This document shows positions 25,745 through 33,485 of a stretch of 64,000 nucleotides of DNA, in pieces; the first letter of the stretch is position 1, and each line of letters begins with the position of its first letter. The stretch is from Candidatus Hydrogenedens sp. (GTDB taxonomy: Bacteria; Hydrogenedentota; Hydrogenedentia; Hydrogenedentales; JAEUWI01): assembly GCA_016125095.1 (NCBI GenBank), contig WGMK01000022.1, forward strand, positions 37,897-101,896, read 5' to 3'. Both the position numbers and the translations under genes were made by a program. The notes under the pieces are model-generated. The model was not told the DNA's origin. It searched no databases and saw only the letters and a list, made by a program, of their open reading frames with translations.

Positions 25745-28261
25745 ATGCGCAGTAAGAGCGTGCGGTTTCCGGCATGGCTGTTGGCCGGGCTTATGATCGC
25801 TTTGGGCGGGGCGGCCACCAGCGCCGGTGCAGCGGATTATTTCACCGAGCGGGTCTCCGACTCGACGCGCTTCGCGAACAAGTCGGTACGGTTTTCACCC
25901 GTGGGCGGCGCCGACTACTACGAAGCCTGCGTGGCCGACATCACCTCGTTTCCCGAAAGCCCCGCGGGCGGCACCGTGGTCGAACTGGCCGACGACGGCT
26001 TCGTGAAGGTGCAGCCGGGGCTGACCCTCGAGTTTTACGGCCAGCGCTACGACAGCATCGTGCTCTGCTCGAACGGCTACGTGGGGCTAGGGCTGGGCGA
26101 CGTGAACTCCTCGCCGACCGCCACGAACCATTTCAATATTCCCAAGGTCTCCGGGTTCTACCGCGACCTCGACCCCACGGCCGGCGGCACCGTTTCCTGG
26201 AAGCGGGTCGGCAGCCAGGTGGTGGTGACCTACCGCGATGTGCCCCTGAAAGGGCAGCCCGAGGCGCTGGTCAGCTTCCAGATCCAGTTCTTCAGCAGCG
26301 GCGGCCTGGTCATCAGCTGGCTGAAGGCGCCCCAAGCGCTTACGCTGATCGGCCTTTCACGCGGCGAGGGCGTGCCACAGGACTTTGTGGACAGCGACCT
26401 GCTGGGCTACGACACCTGCCAGAGCGCCTGCCTGAATGCGATTACCGACTCGGCGGGCTCGCTGGCCGCGATTTACCAGGCGGGCTTCGGGCTCGACGCC
26501 GACACGCTCGACCTCGACGTGAACGGTATTTCGGACTACGCCAACCTGCGGCTGCTGGACGAGGTGCTGGCCTGGGGCGGCGCGCTGGGACACTGCACCG
26601 CGCTGGCCGCCTGGGAGAACAACCTCTCCATCCTCGAGGGCAAGCTCGCGGTGTTTCCGGCCAATGAGCTGACGTTCCTCGACCGTGACGACATGCTCTA
26701 TGCGATGACCGGCATGGCCACCATTGGCAGCCGTCGTTTCCCCCAGAACCTGGTGCGCTTTCTGGGATCCCGGTTTAACCTGAACATCGGACGGGAAGAA
26801 CTCGACCAGTCCGCGTTTCCGTTTGTGAACTGGCAGGGCGATGTGGACGAGGACGGCACCTGCAATTACGGCGAGTTCGTCGCGGCAGGCGGCGATACCG
26901 AGACTTTCGTCGTTGCGGCGACCGATCCCGATATCGATGCCGGGCTGGACGAATGCTTTGGCAACGACCCGGTGGTGGAAGAAGGCGAGGACGAGGGCGA
27001 GATTCCGATTGACGGCGAAGCGGAAAGCGACATCATCTGCGCGTTTCCGATGAACGCCCAGACGATGGTGCCGCCGCTGGGGAATTCCAACTCCGGCGTG
27101 GTGACCTTTACCGACCTGGGCGATTCGGTGCTGGTGACCGTGAATCACAACGTGCCGCTGCCCGCCGAGGCGCGCATGTTCTTCGGGCGGCCGGGCCAGT
27201 CCGGTATTCCTTTCATAGAGCTCGGCTCCGGCACCGCGCCGCTGGCGACCCTGGTGGCCAAGGGGCTGCTCGCGTTGCTGCCGAACGGTTTCTACGTGCA
27301 GGTCGTGCACACGGGCCAGCTCGTGAATCAGGATATCCGCGGCAATATCCTCTGCCCCTTCTTCGAATTGGCGGGCGGCGACGGCGAGGGTGAGATTTCG
27401 ACCGAGGCCGAGAATACCGAGGCCGAAATCACGACCGAGGGTGAAGGCGTGACCGATGGCGGCACCGACGGCGAGGCCGAAGTGGTAACCGACGGCGAAA
27501 TCACCACCGAGGGCGAGGCAGAGCCGGAAGGCGAAGTACTGCCCATCGAGCGTTGTCGCGCGACCCTCCGGGGCAATCGCTCGGTTCCGCCCACCGATAC
27601 GCCGTTCACTGGGCTCTATACCGTGACCCAGCTGGGGCGCAACGCCCAGATCGTGCTGTCGCACAATTGCGCGAGTCCGGTGCAAGCCTCGATTAACCTC
27701 GGCGGCGAGGGCGCTACCGGACCCGCGCTGCTCACCTTCTCGAGCGCGACCAGCCCGATTGTAGCCACGGTGACGCTCGAACTGGCGCAGTTCCTCTCGC
27801 AGGGCACCTACGTGCGCGTTGCGTTCGGCGGAAATAGCCCCGGCGAGATTCGCGCCGACCTCGACTGCGAGGTCGTGGTGCCCGAGGGCGAGGAAACCTT
27901 CGAGGGCGAAGGGCTGTTCGAAGGCGAAGGCGCGCTCGAGGGAGAAGGCTTACTGGACGGCGAGGCGGACAGTCGGCACAGTGGTGACTATCTCCCGCCG
28001 TATTGGGTCATCTCGCTCACCGAGGTGCTCCGGGTGGTGCAGTACTACAACATCGGCGCGTACAGCTGCGGCACTGGCGAGGACGGATTCCGCGCGGGCA
28101 CCGGCCCCACCAACTGCGACTTCGCGGATTTCGACTTCAGTCCGCCTAACCGGCGCGTGGACCTGTTCGAACTGATCCGCATCGTGCAGCTGTACAACGC
28201 GGGCGGCTACGAGCAGCGAACCGGCACCGAGGACGGCTTCGCACCGCTTGGCTCGCCGTGA
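25745..28261 (+). CDS. large secreted repeat protein (acidic linkers, two internal beta-rich repeats, twin C-terminal ~40-aa modules)
   Basis: Signal MRSKSVRFPAWLLAGLMIALGGAATSAGA. Coding periodicity is consistent along 838 aa. No confident family. Confidence 0.7.
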   Translation: MRSKSVRFPAWLLAGLMIALGGAATSAGAADYFTERVSDSTRFANKSVRFSPVGGADYYEACVADITSFPESPAGGTVVELADDGFVKVQPGLTLEFYGQRYDSIVLCSNGYVGLGLGDVNSSPTATNHFNIPKVSGFYRDLDPTAGGTVSWKRVGSQVVVTYRDVPLKGQPEALVSFQIQFFSSGGLVISWLKAPQALTLIGLSRGEGVPQDFVDSDLLGYDTCQSACLNAITDSAGSLAAIYQAGFGLDADTLDLDVNGISDYANLRLLDEVLAWGGALGHCTALAAWENNLSILEGKLAVFPANELTFLDRDDMLYAMTGMATIGSRRFPQNLVRFLGSRFNLNIGREELDQSAFPFVNWQGDVDEDGTCNYGEFVAAGGDTETFVVAATDPDIDAGLDECFGNDPVVEEGEDEGEIPIDGEAESDIICAFPMNAQTMVPPLGNSNSGVVTFTDLGDSVLVTVNHNVPLPAEARMFFGRPGQSGIPFIELGSGTAPLATLVAKGLLALLPNGFYVQVVHTGQLVNQDIRGNILCPFFELAGGDGEGEISTEAENTEAEITTEGEGVTDGGTDGEAEVVTDGEITTEGEAEPEGEVLPIERCRATLRGNRSVPPTDTPFTGLYTVTQLGRNAQIVLSHNCASPVQASINLGGEGATGPALLTFSSATSPIVATVTLELAQFLSQGTYVRVAFGGNSPGEIRADLDCEVVVPEGEETFEGEGLFEGEGALEGEGLLDGEADSRHSGDYLPPYWVISLTEVLRVVQYYNIGAYSCGTGEDGFRAGTGPTNCDFADFDFSPPNRRVDLFELIRIVQLYNAGGYEQRTGTEDGFAPLGSP
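27371..27537 (+). repeat. in-CDS degenerate acidic Thr/Glu/Gly-rich repeat tract
   Basis: Encodes GGDGEGEISTEAENTEAEITTEGEGVTDGGTDGEAEVVTDGEITTEGEAEPEGEV. Confidence 0.6.
27884..27968 (+). repeat. in-CDS tandem hexapeptide repeats (GEGxxE)
   Basis: Encodes EGEETFEGEGLFEGEGALEGEGLLDGEA. Confidence 0.6.
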
Positions 28262-28333
28262 TCCCGCTAGCGGCCCGCCGCGTCTATCCACTACAATAGC
28301 GCCTCGTATCTGATAATCCGCGAGGGCTGTTTC

Positions 28334-28717
28334 ATGGACTGGGAACTGTATTTCTACATGGCGCTGGCGCTGGCCTACATTGGCTATCCGCTTTACCTGC
28401 TGATGGGGCCGCCGCATGCCGGCAGCCGGCGCGTGCTGTCGCTCGGCCTCGTGTCTTACGGCCTCGCCGGTCTCTTCTGGCCAGGGCTGGACAACGGCGT
28501 CATGCTGTTTCTCTGCGGCGGCATGGCGGTGGCGGGACTGGGGCTGCTCTTCCGCGTGCAGGGCGATCGCGCGCCGTGGCTGCTGGCAATGGCCTATTGC
28601 CTCGCGGTGCTGGGTGCCGAGGGCGCCGGCCAGCCGGGCTTCGTGCTCGCGGCCGCCATCGTATTTGTCGTGGCGCTCGAACGCGCGCTGCGTCCGGCCG
28701 CCCCGGAAGAGGTCTGA
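28334..28717 (+). CDS. small integral membrane protein
   Basis: 127 aa with four hydrophobic segments. Followed 4 nt later by the next gene. Confidence 0.6.
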   Translation: MDWELYFYMALALAYIGYPLYLLMGPPHAGSRRVLSLGLVSYGLAGLFWPGLDNGVMLFLCGGMAVAGLGLLFRVQGDRAPWLLAMAYCLAVLGAEGAGQPGFVLAAAIVFVVALERALRPAAPEEV

Positions 28718-28721
28718 GCCG

Positions 28722-29405
28722 ATGGCCGCCCCCCGCTTCGCACTGGCGCTACAAGACGGCGATCTCCTGCGGCTGGGTGACACGATCCGTGCCGCAGAAG
28801 CCGCCGGTATCGACGAAATTTACCTGCGTACGGGCGATGGCCGATTTGTGCCGGACTGCTTCGGCGGCGCGGAGCTCGTACGGGCCGTAGCCGGGGCCAC
28901 GCGGCTGCCCGTGTATGCGCATTTGCTTTGTGAGGCGCCCGACCGCTACCTGACCGCGCTCCTGAGCAGCGGTTGCCGCGGCATCTTCGTGCATGCGGAA
29001 GCCTGCGTGCATGGACACCGTACCCTGCACGCCATCACGGGCGCAGGGCTCGAGGCCGGCCTTGCAGTCAATCCCGCGACGCCGCTCACCAGCCTGAACT
29101 ACCTGCTTCCGCATGCGGCACGGGTGCTGGTGCTGGCCGCGGAATACGGCGCAAAGCCGGGCACCTTCGCCAAGAGCGCCCCGGAGCGCATTCGCATTCT
29201 GTCGGAGAACCTCCGTTACCACGAGTATACGGCGCAATTGCAGGCGGCGGGCGGCATGACCGCGGAGCACGCGGCGCTGTGCGTGCGCATGGGCGCGTCG
29301 GTCTGCGTGCTCGATGGCGCTACCCTGGCCGTGCAGCCGGACGCGCTGGAGGCCGCCGTGGCGGCGTTCGCCGCAGCCTTCGAAACGCACCGCCACCTGG
29401 TCTGA
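28722..29405 (+). CDS. ribulose-phosphate 3-epimerase-like protein with degenerate active site
   Basis: Collinear with the Rpe layout (AGIDEIYLRTGDGRFVPD, VYAHLLC, GLAVNPATPL), but the canonical H-x-D, DxH and EVDGG residues are substituted. Confidence 0.65.
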   Translation: MAAPRFALALQDGDLLRLGDTIRAAEAAGIDEIYLRTGDGRFVPDCFGGAELVRAVAGATRLPVYAHLLCEAPDRYLTALLSSGCRGIFVHAEACVHGHRTLHAITGAGLEAGLAVNPATPLTSLNYLLPHAARVLVLAAEYGAKPGTFAKSAPERIRILSENLRYHEYTAQLQAAGGMTAEHAALCVRMGASVCVLDGATLAVQPDALEAAVAAFAAAFETHRHLV

Positions 29406-29409
29406 GTTC

Positions 29410-29919
29410 GTGGCGCTGCGCAACATCGAAATGAAGGCCCGCTTGCGCGGTCGCGCGGCCGCGCTGGCCGTATGCGAGGGACTCAAAGCCTCGGCGCAGG
29501 GCGACATCCACCAAATCGATACCTACTTCCGCGTGCCTGCCGGCCGACTCAAACTGCGCGAAGCCCAGCCCGGCCGCACGGAACTGGTGCAATACCACCG
29601 CCCCGATTCCGCCGGACCCAAAGGCTGCGACTACCAGCTTTCCGCCTGCAACGCGGACATCAAGCCGCTGTTGGCCGAGGCCCTGGGCGTGCTGACCGTG
29701 GTGGACAAGGTGCGCACGCTGTACCTGTGGAAGAACGTGCGCATCCATATCGACGCCGTCCAGTCGCTGGGCAGCTACATCGAGTTCGAAGCCGTGCTCG
29801 ACGACACCCACGACGATGCTGACGGCCACGCGAAACTGCAGGAACTCATGCAGGCCTTCGGCATCACCGATGCCGACCACGAGCCGGTCTCCTACCTCGA
29901 CCTGATGCTCAGGGCATAG
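29410..29919 (+). CDS. CYTH-domain protein (class IV adenylate cyclase / triphosphatase-like)
   Basis: GTG start giving VALRNIEMKARL (ExExK-type motif), QIDTYFRV, RLKLRE. 169 aa. Confidence 0.7.
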   Translation: MALRNIEMKARLRGRAAALAVCEGLKASAQGDIHQIDTYFRVPAGRLKLREAQPGRTELVQYHRPDSAGPKGCDYQLSACNADIKPLLAEALGVLTVVDKVRTLYLWKNVRIHIDAVQSLGSYIEFEAVLDDTHDDADGHAKLQELMQAFGITDADHEPVSYLDLMLRA

Positions 29920-30370
29920 CCCCGAAGAGCTTGTCCAGATATTGCCGCGCGCGGCCGTAGATGCCCGGCAGCGTGCTCTCGCGCGGGCCCGCTACATTGA
30001 GTGTGCCCACGCGCTCCTTGCGCAGCCACGCCAGCGCCGTTTCGATTCCCGTCTCCACTTCGAGATCCGCGATATAAATCGGCCGTCGCCACTGACGTGC
30101 GAGGGCGATGGTCAGCGCCGTGCCACCGGTCGGATCGCCTTCGGTCAGGATGAGCGTGGCATCCGAATCGCGCACGTTCCATTCGGTGCGCTGCGCGTAG
30201 TCCTCGTCTGGCGTTTCGTCCAGGGGATACACGGCATCAATGACGCCGTCCTCCGCGCGCCGCCCGCGCGGACACCAGCCGCCGCAAGGCAGCGCGAGAA
30301 ACAGCGCCGCATCCAGCGCCGCACGGTCCACGCCGGTCTGTCCGCCTGAAACAATACGCATCGGAATCAA
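29909..30370 (-). CDS. YpsA/SLOG-family protein (putative molybdenum carrier, PF12694-like)
   Basis: IVSGGQTGVDRAALDAAL motif. 153 aa. The 3' end overlaps the CYTH gene by 11 nt. Confidence 0.7.
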   Translation of the reverse strand: MIPMRIVSGGQTGVDRAALDAALFLALPCGGWCPRGRRAEDGVIDAVYPLDETPDEDYAQRTEWNVRDSDATLILTEGDPTGGTALTIALARQWRRPIYIADLEVETGIETALAWLRKERVGTLNVAGPRESTLPGIYGRARQYLDKLFGAMP

Positions 30371-30429
30371 CTCGAGTCTCCAGAATACTGGGCAGCACTG
30401 TACGCTGCGAATATGCTATTTTTCCGCGC

Positions 30430-32979
30430 ATGCCTTCCACTTTGCCCAAAATGCCGCCCCCCGTTCGCGAATGCCTCGTGGTGGCGCTGCTGCTTGTCGC
30501 CAGCGCTCACGCGGGCTTTGTCATGCTGCGCGACTGGCACGGGCCAGCACTTACCCTCACCAACGAACTCTATGTGCCCGCGGCCCTGTTCGCGCAAGGC
30601 AGGGGTTTCGTCAATCCACCGCTGGATGAACTGCCCGGGCTGAGAGAATTTCTTTATTGGCAGGGCGACGCCACGGCATGGTCGCCGGAATCGCTGCCGG
30701 AGACCTTCTCGTCGACAGAACTCGATACGTACCAGCGCTACCATCGCTATCTGATTTACGGCATGGGGTTCACGTGGCGGCTGCTGGGTGTGTCGTGGGA
30801 TGCGGCGAAATACTATGTGGTTTTCCTCTACGTGGCATCGGTACTCGCAGCCTATGCCCTGCTACGCACGGGGCTAAACCGCCCGCTTGCATTCGCCGGC
30901 ACCCTGGCGTTCGCCTTGTCCCCTACCGTGCTCGACGTGGTCTACAACGTCCGCGATTTCAGCAAGGCCCCTTTCATTCTCGCGCTACTCGCGCTGATGA
31001 TGTACCTGGTACGCGCGCCTCGGTCCCGCAAGCATTGGCTCATCGCGTGTGTTGCGCTGGGCATTGTCACCGGTATCGGACTGGGATTCCGGCGCGACTT
31101 GCTGGTCTGCCCGCCTGCCGTGCTTGCCGTGCTGCTCTTCGCGCCGCGGCCGGGCGGCCGTGCCCTCCTCGAGCGCGGCGCGGGCATCCTCTGCTTCGTC
31201 CTGGCCGGGCTCGTTTTCTCAGCACCGATTCTGGAATCGTTCCGCGAACGCGGTTCGCTGGTCTATCACGACGCGCTCATGGGCACCGCCACCGAGCACG
31301 ACGAGCGCATTGGCCTGGGGTTGGCCACCTACGAGAAATCACCGCTCAAGCACGACCTCTACATCTCGATTACGGCCGATCTTTATGCGGAGCGGGTACT
31401 CGGTCCGAACGCCGAAAGCCGGCCCAATCCGTCGTTGGTCGAACAGTCGCGGCTCTATTTCTGGTCGGTGCTGAAGATGTTTCCTGCCGACTTCATAGCG
31501 CGGGCCTGGCAGACGGTGTTCCGCGTTGCGGAGGGCGTGGAATACGCCGAATATCAGGGCATTCATCCCTTCCCGCTGCTGCATGGCCCCGGGGCCTTGG
31601 TGGAGGCGTTTGCCTATCGTTGGGGCGCCTATACCCTGCTATTTGCGCTCTTGCTGCTGGCCTGTATCGACATGCGCATTGCGATCATCTCGACGGCGCT
31701 TTACGCGTATTTTTCAGGCATCACGAGTCTGCAGTACGAAGCGCGCCACGCGTTTCACATGGTGGCGCCCACCTACGGGCTGTATCTCATTCCCCTCCAG
31801 TTCGGTGTCGCTGCATGGCGTAAACGGGTATGGACCGTAGACGGCCGTGGAGCCGTGCTGCGCCGCTCCAGCATGCGTGCTGGCGCGTGTTTCGTGTTGT
31901 TGATCATCCTGGTCGGAGCGCCGCTTCAAGCGGCCCGCGCGTATCAGCGCGGGAACCTGCTGCAATATGAACGGCAGCTGGAGCAGGCTGCACTCGAGCG
32001 TATCGAGTTGAGAGAACTTGACACGTCGTACGGCAAGCTCTTCCGTCCGGAGCCGCCGTTGCTGATTGGAAGCGATTTGCCTTTCGAGCCATATCGCAGA
32101 CCGCTGGGTGAATTCCTGATGGTGGAGCTTGAGGCCTATGCACCGCCCATGCCGATTTACATCGCTTATGAGTCCAGCTGGGGGCGGCATAACTACGGCG
32201 GCTTCATGCGAGCCCTGCCGGCCGGCGGGGAGCCGGGCGGAACGCTTCGATATTTCTTTCCCGCCATTGAGTACCGCGACGACCGCGATTGGTCGCGTTT
32301 CTCAGGCATTGCTATCCCGGCGGAATATGGCAACCCGGTGCGTGGACTTTACCGCGTGACCAACAAGAATGACTTCGCCTTCCATCTTAATTTTGCGCTT
32401 CCGGAGAACGAAGAGGCGCGCGTGCATGCGCAACGCCTGAGGTTTCCGTGGAACGGACCCGCACCCTTAAGCTACTGGACCTTTGATGACGTGCATCGCG
32501 GCCTGATGATGGCTTGGACGGATTTCCTGTTGGGGAATTACGACAAGGCCCGCGCCCAAATCGACGCCTTCGACAACGCCGTGTACTTCCCATTCGAAGT
32601 GTTCCACGCGCGCCTGGATCTCTTGGGCACCGAGGACGACTTCGGCCAATACATGGCCATGGCGATAGAGGGCATGCAGCGCTGGCCGATGGATTTCAGC
32701 GTGGCGATGAGCGTAAATCACGCGATGATGGCGCGCTTCGGGCTCGATGAGCGTGTGCCGTACTGGCAGCAGGCCGAAGCGGAGGCGCCGGATTCGGCCG
32801 CGCCGCCGATGATGCTGGGTTTCACCTTTGCCGGACTGCGGCGCTACGAGGAAGCAGAAAAGGCCTTCCGTCGCGCCAAGGCGATCGTGGGGGACAAGTT
32901 CGGGGTGGACAAGCACATCGCCCAAATGCAGATGCGAAAGCAGCAGGCGGCTACCGGGCAGGACCCCGGCGGGTATTAA
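30430..32979 (+). CDS. large polytopic membrane protein, GT-C-like N-terminal half, soluble C-terminal half
   Basis: 849 aa. More than 10 hydrophobic segments in the first ~480 aa. C-terminus helical/TPR-like. The family call is an inference only. Confidence 0.55.
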   Translation: MPSTLPKMPPPVRECLVVALLLVASAHAGFVMLRDWHGPALTLTNELYVPAALFAQGRGFVNPPLDELPGLREFLYWQGDATAWSPESLPETFSSTELDTYQRYHRYLIYGMGFTWRLLGVSWDAAKYYVVFLYVASVLAAYALLRTGLNRPLAFAGTLAFALSPTVLDVVYNVRDFSKAPFILALLALMMYLVRAPRSRKHWLIACVALGIVTGIGLGFRRDLLVCPPAVLAVLLFAPRPGGRALLERGAGILCFVLAGLVFSAPILESFRERGSLVYHDALMGTATEHDERIGLGLATYEKSPLKHDLYISITADLYAERVLGPNAESRPNPSLVEQSRLYFWSVLKMFPADFIARAWQTVFRVAEGVEYAEYQGIHPFPLLHGPGALVEAFAYRWGAYTLLFALLLLACIDMRIAIISTALYAYFSGITSLQYEARHAFHMVAPTYGLYLIPLQFGVAAWRKRVWTVDGRGAVLRRSSMRAGACFVLLIILVGAPLQAARAYQRGNLLQYERQLEQAALERIELRELDTSYGKLFRPEPPLLIGSDLPFEPYRRPLGEFLMVELEAYAPPMPIYIAYESSWGRHNYGGFMRALPAGGEPGGTLRYFFPAIEYRDDRDWSRFSGIAIPAEYGNPVRGLYRVTNKNDFAFHLNFALPENEEARVHAQRLRFPWNGPAPLSYWTFDDVHRGLMMAWTDFLLGNYDKARAQIDAFDNAVYFPFEVFHARLDLLGTEDDFGQYMAMAIEGMQRWPMDFSVAMSVNHAMMARFGLDERVPYWQQAEAEAPDSAAPPMMLGFTFAGLRRYEEAEKAFRRAKAIVGDKFGVDKHIAQMQMRKQQAATGQDPGGY

Positions 32980-33485
32980 TACCCCTCGTCGAGGAAGTGG
33001 TACTCGGGATACTCGACTTCGATCGAACCCGCCTCGATCCGGTTTTCCTGCTCGGCTGCAATCGGCTGTATCAGGGCCGACCACGTAATCCAGCCCAGCA
33101 ACAGGATGCCGCAGATTGCGCCCCAGGTCGCGACGTCCGACACCCAGCGCGGGCTGGGACCCGACGGCAGGAGGTTCGGCAGGGCGAAGGCAATCGGCGC
33201 TGCGGCGCGGGGCGCTACTTCCTCAGCCTGCTGCGGCTTCACCACTTGCGTCAGCATGCGGTAGCGATCGATGAATCGCTCGGGGCGCAGCTCCAGAAAT
33301 TCGCAATAGGACTGAATGAAGCCGATGGTGTAGGCGGCGGGGGGAAGCGCGCCGAGGTTACCGCTCTCGAGCGCGGCCAAGTGCTGCATCGGCACGTGCA
33401 CACGGGAGTGCGCTTCGGCGAGCGAGAGCCCAAGCTCTTCACGCCGAGTCTGTAATTCCATGCCTGGAAATCCGAATTCCCTCAT
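32976..33485 (-). CDS. RodZ-like HTH domain membrane protein
   Basis: LGLSLAEAHSRVHVPMQHLAALESGN HTH_25-type N-terminus and one TM near the C-terminus. ATGA overlap with the ftsK stop. Confidence 0.7.
   Translation of the reverse strand: MREFGFPGMELQTRREELGLSLAEAHSRVHVPMQHLAALESGNLGALPPAAYTIGFIQSYCEFLELRPERFIDRYRMLTQVVKPQQAEEVAPRAAAPIAFALPNLLPSGPSPRWVSDVATWGAICGILLLGWITWSALIQPIAAEQENRIEAGSIEVEYPEYHFLDEGY

Noticed and set aside
27360-27970. Short periodic DNA repeats that might suggest a CRISPR or VNTR array
   Set aside because: The repeats are in frame inside a long ORF and encode acidic GEG/TEG peptides. There are no unique spacers of constant length and no flanking cas genes.
28416-29405. 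329-aa ORF fusing the small membrane protein region to the Rpe-like gene
   Set aside because: The upstream part is out of frame with the hydrophobic 127-aa ORF, which has sensible TM segments. ATG 28722, 4 nt after that gene's stop, gives an Rpe-collinear protein.
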